Shown here: positions 16,612 to 26,103 of the stretch, one piece after another | Numbering within the stretch: position 1 is the first letter of the stretch | How the letters are laid out: each line of letters starts with the position of its first letter | Virus record (IMG/VR): IMGVR_UViG_3300007775_000001 | Span: 32,001 to 96,000 of that record | DNA length: 64,000 nt | DNA from: a virus | Reading direction: 5' to 3' (one strand) | The notes under the pieces: model-generated | Databases searched by the model: none | Told to the model about the DNA's origin: nothing | The model's input: the letters and a program-made list of their open reading frames with translations, nothing else | Made by a program: the position numbers and the translations under genes

Positions 16612-18411
16612 ATGAAGATCACTAGACTGAAGCTCAACAACTTCCTGAGCTACAAGGAGCAGGAATTCTCCGACTTCGATGGGCCAGCATTGATTCTGAT
16701 CGAGGGTCACAACAAGGATCAGGGTGATTCGAACGGTTCTGGCAAGAGCAGTGTCTTCGACGGAATCTCGTGGGCACTATTTGGTCAGACTCTTCGGGAC
16801 TCGAAGACCGATAACGTCATCAACAGAGATGCAAAGAAGGCAGGTTGCTCCGTTGAACTCGATGTGGAGGTGCAGGGCAAGGTCTTTCAGATCGTACGTT
16901 TCTACGGTCATCCGTCTGAGAAGAATAACCTTTACCTGAAGGAAGATGGGACAGATGTCACATTGGGCACAACAACCCTGACCCAAAAGTTTCTTAAGAA
17001 GGCTATTGGGATCGATTTCGATCTGTTCCGCTGCACAGTTGTCTTCGCTCAGGGCGAAACATTCAAGTTCATAGACGAGACGGACAAGAAGCAGAAGGAG
17101 ATTCTGTCGAAGATCATGCGGATCGATTTTGGCCCACTCTTGGATAAGTCCAAGAAAGAAGTCTCTGGACTGGAGTCAAAGCGATCCGACGTTGAACGGG
17201 TGATTGTGTCCCTGGATGCCAAGCTGGAGATCAATCCTGAAGAGACCTACAAAGACGAGGTCGAGAAGTGGGAGAAAGAGCACCAGGAATCGATTTCCAG
17301 GGCTGAACGGATTGTTTCTGAGGCACAGGATAGGCTTGATGGAGAAGGTTCCTTGAAAGTCGATGTAGAGGCCCTGAAGGTTACTCGTGAGAAGATCGTT
17401 GATCGTATCTCGGCAATCGAGAAGTCCATCGATGAGATGCAGGACATGCGTACCAACAATCTTGCCGATCAGCGGTCGTTCGACAGTGAGTTGAATCGCT
17501 TTAACAAGCTCGTTGCTGATGGCAAGTGTCCTACTTGTCTCCAGGCCGTTGAGGCTCATGATCTGAAGAGCGAGATTGATACCCTGAAGATCAAGCGCCA
17601 TGTGGCTACGGATGCTGCTCAGAAGGCAGAGAAGGTGATCGTGGAGTGCCGTAACTCCAAGACTGAATTCGAGGCCAAGAAGGATAAGATCGATACGGTC
17701 ATCGCTGAAACAGAAGCCCACAAGAAACGGTTGGCTAATCTGGCCGATGTGCTTGAGCAGGGCAAGAACGCTCTGAATACCATCAAGACAGAGGTCAACC
17801 CGTGGGCGGATCGGATCAAGCGTGAGATGGAGGAGTACGAGAAGACCAAGTTCAAGCGTCAAGAGGCAGAGAAGAAGGTAGCGGAGATCGATGAGAAGCT
17901 TCGTTATGCTCGTTTTTGGGTGACTGGATTCGGTGATTCTGGCATGAAGTCCTTTATCTTCGATCTGGTATGCTCGTCTCTCACATCGAAAGCCAATCGG
18001 TACGTTGGTATCATGACGGATGGAATGGTATCCATCGTGTTCACCACACAGACCAAGCTCAAGAGTGGAGAGGTCAGGGAACGTTTCTCGTGCGACATCA
18101 TTACAAACGGTGAGCGTATTCCGTACGAGAGCTACAGTGGTGGCGAGAAGACGCGTATTTCACTTGCGGTTGATCTTGCTCTGTCTGACGTGATGTCGGA
18201 TTACTATGGGTCTCAATTCAATGTTGCTGTGTTCGATGAGCAAGACCTGTACATGGACAACAAGGGGCGAACGAGCTACATGAATCTGCTGAAGGAGGTT
18301 GCTCAGCGGAAGCGTGTGTTTGTTGTGGCTCACGATGACGTGTTCAAGGGTGCTTTCAGTGACTCATGGATCATCGAGAAGGAAGGTGGTTTCTCGAAGA
18401 GGGTGGCGTGA
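16612..18411 (+). CDS. SbcC/Rad50-like ATPase (gp46-like)
   Basis: NGSGKSS; CPTC zinc hook; SGGEKTR; VFDE; VAH. Confidence 0.93.
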   Translation: MKITRLKLNNFLSYKEQEFSDFDGPALILIEGHNKDQGDSNGSGKSSVFDGISWALFGQTLRDSKTDNVINRDAKKAGCSVELDVEVQGKVFQIVRFYGHPSEKNNLYLKEDGTDVTLGTTTLTQKFLKKAIGIDFDLFRCTVVFAQGETFKFIDETDKKQKEILSKIMRIDFGPLLDKSKKEVSGLESKRSDVERVIVSLDAKLEINPEETYKDEVEKWEKEHQESISRAERIVSEAQDRLDGEGSLKVDVEALKVTREKIVDRISAIEKSIDEMQDMRTNNLADQRSFDSELNRFNKLVADGKCPTCLQAVEAHDLKSEIDTLKIKRHVATDAAQKAEKVIVECRNSKTEFEAKKDKIDTVIAETEAHKKRLANLADVLEQGKNALNTIKTEVNPWADRIKREMEEYEKTKFKRQEAEKKVAEIDEKLRYARFWVTGFGDSGMKSFIFDLVCSSLTSKANRYVGIMTDGMVSIVFTTQTKLKSGEVRERFSCDIITNGERIPYESYSGGEKTRISLAVDLALSDVMSDYYGSQFNVAVFDEQDLYMDNKGRTSYMNLLKEVAQRKRVFVVAHDDVFKGAFSDSWIIEKEGGFSKRVA

Positions 18412-18929
18412 AGGAATCCGTTTTTCAGAAGGAAGTGATCAAGTCTTTCCGCGAAGCGGGGGGATGGGCAGAGAAATTCCCAGATTTCCCAACGTCTCAG
18501 ATGGACAGTGCCAACCTGGACACGGTTCGGTTCACTCCAGAGAAGCCATTCGATGTGATGGGGATGTTTAGGTTCAGAGCTTTCGCGGTGGAATGCAAAC
18601 AGATGAAGGGCTTCAAGGCTCTGAATCTTGGTATGATGCGTGACAGTCAGATCAGGGTTCTGACGGAAGTGACAGAGAGGCAGGCTGCTCACGCTTTTGT
18701 GTTCTTGAATGTGCGGATTGGCAGAACGATCAATCGTCTGATCATCTTGCCATGGGCAGACCTGTACAACAGGCTCCAAGTCAGAAGCATTGCGGCAGAT
18801 GAGTTGAGATCGATGCCTTACTTCCAGGGCAAGTTTGGGATGTTCAACATTCAGCCGTGGCTTCTTGAGAAGACCAATGCCAAATTCCAACGGAGACAAC
18901 GCATCATCAGAGCTAGAGCGAGCGGTTAG
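18408..18929 (+). CDS. RecU-like Holliday junction resolvase (PD-(D/E)xK)
   Basis: KPFD..FAVECK..Q motif; GTGA coupling. Confidence 0.7.
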   Translation: MKESVFQKEVIKSFREAGGWAEKFPDFPTSQMDSANLDTVRFTPEKPFDVMGMFRFRAFAVECKQMKGFKALNLGMMRDSQIRVLTEVTERQAAHAFVFLNVRIGRTINRLIILPWADLYNRLQVRSIAADELRSMPYFQGKFGMFNIQPWLLEKTNAKFQRRQRIIRARASG

Positions 18930-19251
18930 TCGTTTTGGCGAGATGGGAATGGCATACGGTCATTCCGATGTGTCGGTCGAAGAGGTGCCACGGGCAATTT
19001 TCGCTGCAACAGCGAGCACAACACGCCACTTTGGTCATATCGGTATCAGCATTCATCCGGAGAGTGGAAGAGCCTTTGTCCGGATCACGCTGAGATGGTA
19101 TGCTCGATGGAATTGGATCGTGTTGAGATGGCTTCTGAAGCGAAAGAGAGAGCGTTGGTTGAACCGGGCTGAAACACGATGCAGGATGGTTGTACCTAAC
19201 GGAATCCGTTTGGTCGTGTACTATGGCAAGCGTAAAATCGAAGACGAGTAA
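18877..19251 (+). CDS. hypothetical protein
   Basis: ORF in operon. Confidence 0.5.
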   Translation: MPNSNGDNASSELERAVSRFGEMGMAYGHSDVSVEEVPRAIFAATASTTRHFGHIGISIHPESGRAFVRITLRWYARWNWIVLRWLLKRKRERWLNRAETRCRMVVPNGIRLVVYYGKRKIEDE

Positions 19252-19600
19252 TTTGTTTCTTCAGATGCTCGTAACTATCAGGAAGGATCGTACCTACTTC
19301 CCGAAGGTCATTGATCAGTTCTGGGAACTGAACCATGAGCATCGCATCGCCCTGGTCAGGTATCTGATGGATCAGGTAGGCAAGGAATCGTGGAAAGAAT
19401 GGGCCGCCGATCCGACTCAGCATGTAGAGATCATCAAAGCGTTGTTGATGGCATACACGGGTCGCAAGGAACTCGATGAGCCGTCGCGCATTGATTTGGC
19501 AAAGCTGATCGGTGGCTATACTCAGACCAAGGAGTATCGCGAGATTGAGATATCGCTTTCTTCTTCTGTGAACGTCACAGAAGCTTTGGAGAACTTGTGA
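19223..19600 (+). CDS. hypothetical protein
   Basis: ORF in operon. Confidence 0.6.
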   Translation: MASVKSKTSNLFLQMLVTIRKDRTYFPKVIDQFWELNHEHRIALVRYLMDQVGKESWKEWAADPTQHVEIIKALLMAYTGRKELDEPSRIDLAKLIGGYTQTKEYREIEISLSSSVNVTEALENL

Positions 19601-19818
19601 TGACCGTGCTTGAACTATTGAAGATCGGGAAAGACCCGGTCAATTTCGCTCTGGAACTGACAGAAACCGAGACCCAGAATTCTGTGTCTGTCAACGTGGC
19701 CGTCTTTGGCGGGAGCTACGATACGATCCTCCGTAGTTTGACCACGGCTGTTCGACAGGGTCTTGCTCAAATGGGGATCACAGAAGAGACCATCGATGGA
19801 CAACGAGCAGAAGGGTAG
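19597..19818 (+). CDS. hypothetical protein
   Basis: GTGA-coupled ORF. Confidence 0.55.
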   Translation: MMTVLELLKIGKDPVNFALELTETETQNSVSVNVAVFGGSYDTILRSLTTAVRQGLAQMGITEETIDGQRAEG

Positions 19819-19970
19819 GGAGTTCAGACAGGAGGAGACTCAGAATCTCCAGAAGTCAGAGAGACCTGATGCGAAGTATATGCAGGATCGTCATCTCTGT
19901 ACTGTCTGTCACGGTGTAGCTCGTGTGTGCGAGCGTGGGGATTGTCCCCAAAGGGGTATTGGAGGTTGAC

Positions 19971-20456
19971 ATGTCTGGCGGATTGACCAATCGTCGTACT
20001 CCCTCGAAGAAGAAGCCCGGCGTGCGTCAACGCATGCGTGGGCTTCAAGGTATCGCTCAGCACAACGCCAGTCTCGCTCAAGCGAATGGCAAGAAACTTT
20101 CAGAGGCTTCTCATTGGATTGCTGCCCTGGCTGTGACAATTCATGGACTGAAGGAGAGATTCCCCGGTCTGGAAGAAGAAGTCGTTTGGAAGTGGGCGGA
20201 TTGGTTTGTCAATGCTGGCAACTACACCAAAGAGCAGATTGAGGAGCTTCAGGGTGTGGTGGCAAAGCTGCCCATCGACAAACTCAGAGTGGTGGAGAAA
20301 CCAAAGCCGGAAGTTACGCCAGAGTCAAAGCCAAGGGCTCGATTCACAAGGAACCGGGATGGCAACAATCAGAACGTGCAAGGTGGCGGACTACCTCAGA
20401 TTGGATCAGGTGGTCATCCATCCGGAGAACACAGAGCTTCGAAGGATCAGTCCTGA
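19971..20456 (+). CDS. hypothetical protein
   Basis: GGAGG RBS before ATG 19971. Confidence 0.6.
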   Translation: MSGGLTNRRTPSKKKPGVRQRMRGLQGIAQHNASLAQANGKKLSEASHWIAALAVTIHGLKERFPGLEEEVVWKWADWFVNAGNYTKEQIEELQGVVAKLPIDKLRVVEKPKPEVTPESKPRARFTRNRDGNNQNVQGGGLPQIGSGGHPSGEHRASKDQS

Positions 20457-21081
20457 GAAGTGGGAGTCTCTGAAGAAGTCGATCCTTGAGCATGGTGTCT
20501 ATCGTCCCATCCATGTGTGGGAACAAGAACGATGGGCTTTGTCTGGCAACCATCTCCTGAAGGCGATTCGGGAGTTGGTGCAAGAGGGTCACACTCTTGA
20601 ATCGCCTTCAGGTCGTGGTTTTGTGCCGGTGATCTTCCATGATGTAGGGGAGAAAGAAGCCAAGGCGATCTTCTTCCAGACCAACAATACGTTCGCAGAT
20701 TGGGTGGAAGACAATCTGAGCAACGCGATCAAGCGATACAACGAGATCGGTGGGGATGTGTATGGCCTTGGTTTTCCTCAAGGGGAAATCGAAGCGATCA
20801 TGGGTGTGGTTGATCAGGCGATCAAAGAGACTGCACCCATCATGGAGAAGGTCGAGGAGTTGAACGAGCAGGTTATCCAAGATGCTGTCAACGATCCGCC
20901 TGTCGAGGCTCAACGGACTTTGACACTGAGCGAGGGTGTGTACGATCAGCTTGAGGGTGTGCTGATCGACATTGCAAAGCGGCTCAATCCAGATTGGAAG
21001 AAGGGCGACTCCTTCAATGAGGCGGTTGCTGCTCTGGTTCAGATTTGGCGAGAACGACAACTGTCTTCACAGGTCGCATGA
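20359..21081 (+). CDS. ParB/Srx N-terminal-domain protein
   Basis: HPEN..R..LKKSILEHGVYRPIHV..LSGNHLLKA. Confidence 0.8.
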   Translation: MATIRTCKVADYLRLDQVVIHPENTELRRISPEKWESLKKSILEHGVYRPIHVWEQERWALSGNHLLKAIRELVQEGHTLESPSGRGFVPVIFHDVGEKEAKAIFFQTNNTFADWVEDNLSNAIKRYNEIGGDVYGLGFPQGEIEAIMGVVDQAIKETAPIMEKVEELNEQVIQDAVNDPPVEAQRTLTLSEGVYDQLEGVLIDIAKRLNPDWKKGDSFNEAVAALVQIWRERQLSSQVA

Positions 21082-21806
21082 TCAAGGTCGAGGAGTGGGA
21101 CGGTCTTCAGACCAATGTGGTCATCCACGGTGCTTTCGAAGAGGTCTACAAGAAGGCACAGATCAGGGCTGATCTTCTGGTTACGAGTCCGCCCTATCCA
21201 ACGTCTACCACGAGATACATCCCCTCACTTGGCGGGAATGTGAATGACCGTACGGTGACGCGGAACAGGTTGTACAGCAAGAGTCATGCGAAGGTTGGGG
21301 AGTCCGACTATCTCAGATGGGCTCAGCTATGCATCGGTTTCGCTCCTCTGGTGTTCTTCAATATTCCTGCTCGTGTGCTTGATTACGATCTTGGTGCAAA
21401 GCCGTTTAACCATGTCGTGTGGGTGAAGACCAATGGAGCGGTGCCATTTGCTCACAAAGGGGTGGTACGTTTCCATGAGTTTATATTGCTTTTCGGTGAT
21501 CACAAGCGGTTGAACAAGCCGATGCGCTCAGTTTGGGAGATGGCTTCACAACGAGGGTCAGATCATCCAGCACCGTTCCCGATCAATCTTCCGGCGAGAG
21601 CTATTCATTATGGTAGCAAGCCTGGAGACCTTGTGTTCGATCCGTTTGGAGGAAGCGGGACTACTGCGGCGGTAGCCAAAGCCATGAATAGGCGTTGGCT
21701 CACATGCGACACAGAACAGGAGTTCTGCGAGATGATGGATGATCGAATTGCGAGGGTGAGAACTTCAGGCGACGGGAGCCAACTTGGGGGAAGGGAGGGA
21801 AACTGA
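21078..21806 (+). CDS. DNA amino-methyltransferase (N4-C/N6-A, beta class)
   Basis: TSPPY; HPAPFP; FDPFGGSGTT. Confidence 0.92.
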   Translation: MIKVEEWDGLQTNVVIHGAFEEVYKKAQIRADLLVTSPPYPTSTTRYIPSLGGNVNDRTVTRNRLYSKSHAKVGESDYLRWAQLCIGFAPLVFFNIPARVLDYDLGAKPFNHVVWVKTNGAVPFAHKGVVRFHEFILLFGDHKRLNKPMRSVWEMASQRGSDHPAPFPINLPARAIHYGSKPGDLVFDPFGGSGTTAAVAKAMNRRWLTCDTEQEFCEMMDDRIARVRTSGDGSQLGGREGN

Positions 21807-21896
21807 CCCCCGTCGCCTTCGGTGCCGGTAAGCATGGTCAGATTCGCATGCGATTTTTCCAAAGTCAAGAACTATTTTTGGTATTGGAAAAATTTC

Positions 21897-21925
21897 TTGC
21901 GTTCTCGAAGGTGTTCTGTTAGGAT
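21897..21925 (+). promoter_or_regulatory. sigma70-type promoter for the large ncRNA candidate
   Basis: TTGCGT-17-TAGGAT with TG extension. Confidence 0.5.
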
Positions 21926-21929
21926 GATG

Positions 21930-22532
21930 ATCACGATGACACGGGCCTAGCATGGTGGTGGACGTGTCGGGTCAGTCTGTGGTGCAGGGCAAGGCTCTGC
22001 ACTTCGCTCAAGATGAAGAAGTGCAACACGTGATGACACAGATCAGTCATGCCTAACTGATCTTTGGGAAAGCGGGGAGACCGCTGACTCTAACGTGCCG
22101 GGTAGGGACGATGCGCTGATTCGCATTTGAGACTGGCGATAAGCGTTCCCGAGTCCCAGAAAGGAGGTGAGTCCCATGCTTAGTAATTGATAAACACTGC
22201 GCACTTGCGCGACCTTGAGTCTATTGAGGGGCCTAGACGGATATGAGTCTATCACTATTACGATGTGTTTAGACCATCGGTCTGTGACAGCGTGGAGGCA
22301 GATAGAAGATCATTTGGGGTCTTCTCGCAGTAGCCTTTGAAGCGTACCGCCCGTTGAAGCCAAACACATGCGATGAGAAGTATACGAGGAAAGCCCCGCT
22401 ATTGGATGCAATAGGATGGGGAAATACTGATGGGAAGGTACTGCGTAGTAGTGTCGTTTATGGATCGCCCCGAAGAGGAAAGGGCGTGGGAGCCCTGCCA
22501 TTGAAGACATTCGTTGGCAGGGTTTCTTTTTT
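21930..22532 (+). ncRNA. candidate large ornate ncRNA (~600 nt; ROOL/GOLLD-like size and context)
   Basis: No credible ORF; more than ten hairpins; long-range ATGTGTTT/AAACACAT pairing; flanked by promoter and terminator. Confidence 0.6.
22490..22532 (+). terminator. intrinsic terminator
   Basis: GAGCCCTGCCA...TGGCAGGGTTTC + T6. Confidence 0.75.
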
Positions 22533-22549
22533 CCGGACAGGGAGTCGAG

Positions 22550-22780
22550 ATGGCAGAACAGGTTGATCGTCCCACCCATTACGGGGGAACAGATTGCATC
22601 GAAGCAATGGAGAAGATGCTGTCCAGAGAAGAGTTCATTGGTTTCCTTCGAGGAACCATCTTCCGATATCAATGGAGATGGCGTCAGAAGAACGGCGAGC
22701 AGGATTTGGAAAAGGCTCGTTGGTACGATAGGTATCTCAAGGAGTACATGCAGAGATGCTCTGAACCAGTTTCTACGTAG
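22550..22780 (+). CDS. DUF3310 family protein
   Basis: VDRPTHY..DCIEAM..RYQWR..KNGEQDLEKARWY. Confidence 0.88.
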   Translation: MAEQVDRPTHYGGTDCIEAMEKMLSREEFIGFLRGTIFRYQWRWRQKNGEQDLEKARWYDRYLKEYMQRCSEPVST

Positions 22781-22784
22781 AAAC
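22769..22784. repeat. dispersed palindrome copy 2
   Basis: GTTTCTACGTAGAAAC, overlaps the TAG stop. Confidence 0.9.
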
Positions 22785-22786
22785 CC

Positions 22787-23656
22787 ATGGCTGCCAAGTT
22801 TGTTCGCACGACATCCAAGCCAGAGGGCAAGAAACCCTTCGATGTGAAGTCTCTTCGCTCGAATCGACCAGTGTTCAAGCGTCGGTCTTCTGTTGCGTTG
22901 GCGACCTCTCCGGTTCCCAAGCATGGCCCGAAGATTGCTCGCATCGAAGACCTGGATGCACTCATGGTTGAGCGTGGTGTTTTGTTTCCGCACGCTTCGA
23001 TTCGCGATTACCTCATCAATGTGAAGGGGTATTCAGAGAGTCAGTACCATATCTTCATGAAGTTCGCTCCAGCAATGGATTGGGACGAGCGCAAGCGTCT
23101 TCTTCAAGACCAGATCACACAGCAACTCGTGGCACGGCACATCGATGGAATTGCCGAAGCCCATGATATGTTTCTGAAGGCGTCCAAGCTGGGTATTGGG
23201 CGTGCTCTTGAAATGCTTGCTAGGCTTCAGGTGAGCGATGTTCCTGTCGAGGTGGAAGTTCCCGACTTGAAGAACCCTGGCAAGACCAAGGTGGTGAAGA
23301 AGTTCTCCTTGCGGAGCGTTGATCTTCTCAACATCTTGTCTGCTTTGAAGAGTGCTCAGGAAATCTACCGCAAGGCCATGGGGATTAACGACGAGGAAGA
23401 CAGCATGGTAAACCTCATGGAGCGGTTCCGACAGACCGTTGGTGCGCAATCACGGTTGAACATCACTCAAGTCAACGTCAACTCTGGTGGTGAGTCGAAA
23501 TCGGTATCTGTCGAGGGTGTTGATTACGATGACGTGAAGCTCATCCTTGAGGCGTTGCGTCAGGCCAAAACAGAGTCCAAGGATGAAGATGAGGAAGAAG
23601 TAGCGGGAGAACTCATCATCCATGGTGATCCTGTCGTGACCAAGGTTGTGAACTGA
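22787..23656 (+). CDS. hypothetical protein, possibly terminase small subunit-like
   Basis: Helical core followed by NITQVNVN beta-like stretch and acidic tail; function tentative. Confidence 0.5.
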   Translation: MAAKFVRTTSKPEGKKPFDVKSLRSNRPVFKRRSSVALATSPVPKHGPKIARIEDLDALMVERGVLFPHASIRDYLINVKGYSESQYHIFMKFAPAMDWDERKRLLQDQITQQLVARHIDGIAEAHDMFLKASKLGIGRALEMLARLQVSDVPVEVEVPDLKNPGKTKVVKKFSLRSVDLLNILSALKSAQEIYRKAMGINDEEDSMVNLMERFRQTVGAQSRLNITQVNVNSGGESKSVSVEGVDYDDVKLILEALRQAKTESKDEDEEEVAGELIIHGDPVVTKVVN

Positions 23657-23670
23657 CTGTCGCCCCCCCT

Positions 23671-23712
23671 CCCCTTGCGTCAGTCCGTGCAACTGACGCA
23701 AGGGGTCTTTTT
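23671..23712 (+). terminator. intrinsic terminator
   Basis: CCCCTTGCGTCAGT/ACTGACGCAAGGGG + TCTTTTT. Confidence 0.85.
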
Positions 23713-23802
23713 GACTCCTCGTTTTCTTGTTGACTTCCGCTGTACTCCCTGTCATACTGTAGTCGTGGGAAGGAAGTGAGAACTCTGAATGGAGAGAGGG
23801 TC

Positions 23803-24075
23803 ATGAACAGCGCACTGCATGAAGAAAATCACGAGGAGTTTCGAGCGAAACTCCAGAGTGAGCGTGACCGGCTCCTTCCTATCTTCAACCGGGTCGCGAA
23901 TCCGGATGACTGGAAGGCTCCGATCAGCGCATGGGTGGATGCTGCCGAAGTGGACAACGTCGTGCAAGCAATCGGGTACTTCACGGCAACGGTGGCGAAG
24001 GTCGCTTGGGGTCTGAAACCGGGCAAGGCATACGTGACTTCGGTCGGCTACAGGGTTGGCCCGGCTGGGCCATAA
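23803..24075 (+). CDS. hypothetical protein
   Basis: GAGG RBS; ORF. Confidence 0.65.
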   Translation: MNSALHEENHEEFRAKLQSERDRLLPIFNRVANPDDWKAPISAWVDAAEVDNVVQAIGYFTATVAKVAWGLKPGKAYVTSVGYRVGPAGP

Positions 24076-24097
24076 CACGGGAAAAGAGGAGACTCCC

Positions 24098-24280
24098 ATG
24101 AAGAATTGTACATGCAAGGGGACGGGAAGACAGAGGGTCTACAACGGGAAGACCAATTTCACCATTCCTTGCACAACCTGCAAGGGTTTAGGCAAGCTCC
24201 CGGTGCGACTGGAGACGGGCAATCTCCAATCGCCGTTGGCGAACGTGCGCGTCTTCGAGGAAGGAACACAAGTCGGTTGA
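24098..24280 (+). CDS. small CxxCxGxG zinc-finger protein
   Basis: CTCKGTG..CTTCKGLG. Confidence 0.65.
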   Translation: MKNCTCKGTGRQRVYNGKTNFTIPCTTCKGLGKLPVRLETGNLQSPLANVRVFEEGTQVG

Positions 24281-24292
24281 CAAAGGAGAAAC

Positions 24293-24694
24293 ATGACTGA
24301 ACCACTGTTCACCGAAGCGGATGTGATCTACGCGGTCAATCTGCGAGACGTGGTGGAAGACGGCTGGCTGGATGGCAATGCTGGAACGCTTGCACCAATC
24401 AGCCGCAAGTTCTTCAAGCATCCGGTGTGGGCTTCTCCGGGTGTGTACACGGTGATGGAGAAGGCGGTACAGGAAGATTCGAAGTTCTATACTTTCGAGT
24501 CGCTGTGGGCGTACTTCCTATTCCGTACCGTTCGCTTCGCGGAAGACGTGAATGAATCAACTCGTAAGTTCACGTTCCAGCGTAGGACTGATGGGATGCA
24601 TCATCGTCCGGTTGAGATCATGGTCTGTGTCCAGGCGTGGGCGGTCGATGACCCCAAGCCTGTTGTGACGCTCTATCTCCCGGAGGAAGACTAG
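24293..24694 (+). CDS. DUF6573-like protein
   Basis: VIYA..RDVVEDGWL, C-terminal VTLYLPEED. Confidence 0.55.
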   Translation: MTEPLFTEADVIYAVNLRDVVEDGWLDGNAGTLAPISRKFFKHPVWASPGVYTVMEKAVQEDSKFYTFESLWAYFLFRTVRFAEDVNESTRKFTFQRRTDGMHHRPVEIMVCVQAWAVDDPKPVVTLYLPEED

Positions 24695-24716
24695 GGGCTC
24701 TCTCTCCCCTGCCACG

Positions 24717-24753
24717 AGAGCACTCAGGAGAAATTCTGAGTGCTCTTTTTTTT
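24717..24753 (+). terminator. intrinsic terminator
   Basis: AGAGCACTCAG/CTGAGTGCTCT + T-run. Confidence 0.85.
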
Positions 24754-24756
24754 GCC

Positions 24757-24811
24757 TTGACATCATGTAGTACATGTAGTACACTGTAACTGTGGCTGAG
24801 AGAGAAACCCT
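24757..24811 (+). promoter_or_regulatory. conserved early promoter with leader motif
   Basis: TTGACA-17-TACACT then GTGGCTGAGAGAGAAACCC. Confidence 0.85.
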
Positions 24812-24829
24812 GAATAGAGGAAAGAACCC

Positions 24830-25042
24830 ATGGAACATTATTCACATCTCATGAGTGGATGCGCTGCGAAGTTTCCTTTCTGTTACGGTGACTGTGGAGA
24901 CGATGTGAAGAAAAACGAGAAGACCGGTCGGTGGTATATCACGATGGGTCATCCGGGCTTCAATAGCACGGCCAACAACGGTAACGGGTATTCGACCGAA
25001 GCCAAGGCTCGCAGTGAACTGAAACGCTACGCACGAGCGTAG
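24830..25042 (+). CDS. hypothetical early protein
   Basis: First ORF after promoter. Confidence 0.65.
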   Translation: MEHYSHLMSGCAAKFPFCYGDCGDDVKKNEKTGRWYITMGHPGFNSTANNGNGYSTEAKARSELKRYARA

Positions 25043-25064
25043 CGTTCTGGTCGAGAGAGAGATC

Positions 25065-25361
25065 ATGTCAACAACCGTGGCGCAGACGATTCTGAAGCAG
25101 TTGGGTGGTGGTCGCTTTGCACTGATGACGGGTGCCAAGGGCTTTACGAGTACCGGCAACGGAGTGTTCTTCCGGATCGGTCGCAATCATCGAAGCATCA
25201 ACAAGGTGTCGGTCGATCTGATGGGCGATGACACCTACACCATGAAGTTTTGTCGTGTGCGCAAGAGCGTGGCAACGGTGGCGAAAGAAGTCAAAGGGCT
25301 GTACTTCGATCAGTTGCAAGAGGTCTTCACACGGGAAACTGGGATGTACACTCACTTGTAG
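25065..25361 (+). CDS. conserved phage protein
   Basis: TILKQLGGGRFALMTGAK..YFDQLQEVFTRETG motif. Confidence 0.75.
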   Translation: MSTTVAQTILKQLGGGRFALMTGAKGFTSTGNGVFFRIGRNHRSINKVSVDLMGDDTYTMKFCRVRKSVATVAKEVKGLYFDQLQEVFTRETGMYTHL

Positions 25362-25370
25362 GGAAACGAG

Positions 25371-25910
25371 ATGACCAAATATACGAGGTTCCAAGACATC
25401 CCTCAGATGGTCGAAGCCGGGAGTTACGAGGTAGACATCCCGTGGGACTATTTGGAAAAAGGGCTGGCAGGCTACCTGGAGCAAGGTTTGGTGCTTGAGC
25501 CGGACTTCCAGCGTGGTCATGTGTGGAGTGATGAGAAGCGCACGGCATACGTGGAGTTCTGTCTTCGCGGTGGTCGTGGAAATCGTACGATCTTCTTCAA
25601 CTGTCCTGGCTGGCATTCGGTGCGTCGATTGACTGCGGGGAGTTTTGTGCTCGTAGATGGTTTGCAGCGGTTGACCGCCGTGCGGATGTTCATGAGGGAT
25701 GAACTGAGAGCATTCGGTTCTTTCTTCAGCGAGTACACGGATCGGATGTGGTTGTTCGGTCTGTCCGCTTCATTCCGTTTCAACGTCAATCGGTTGGAAA
25801 CGCGGGCCGAAGTGCTCCGGTGGTATCTGGACATGAACACAGGCGGCGTGGTGCATGCGGAGAGCGAGCTTGACCGTGTGCGTGAACTGCTCAGCAAGGA
25901 GACGGTATGA
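25371..25910 (+). CDS. DUF262 (ParB-like/GmrS N-terminal) protein
   Basis: PDFQRGHVW; LVDGLQRLTA; MNTGG. Confidence 0.85.
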   Translation: MTKYTRFQDIPQMVEAGSYEVDIPWDYLEKGLAGYLEQGLVLEPDFQRGHVWSDEKRTAYVEFCLRGGRGNRTIFFNCPGWHSVRRLTAGSFVLVDGLQRLTAVRMFMRDELRAFGSFFSEYTDRMWLFGLSASFRFNVNRLETRAEVLRWYLDMNTGGVVHAESELDRVRELLSKETV

Positions 25911-26103
25911 AAGTCAAAGGGCATTTGTTCACGATCAATCAGAACGTCACGCAAGGTGATCTGAACCGGCAAGTATATTGAATGTCGGGGTCTGGGTTGC
26001 GGCTGAAGCTCAAGGGGAATTCCGTCTTGCAAGAACTGGCTTCTCTGTAGTGGACATTTTTCGCGCAACGTGGTAGGCTGAATCACAAAACGGGAGATTC
26101 CAC

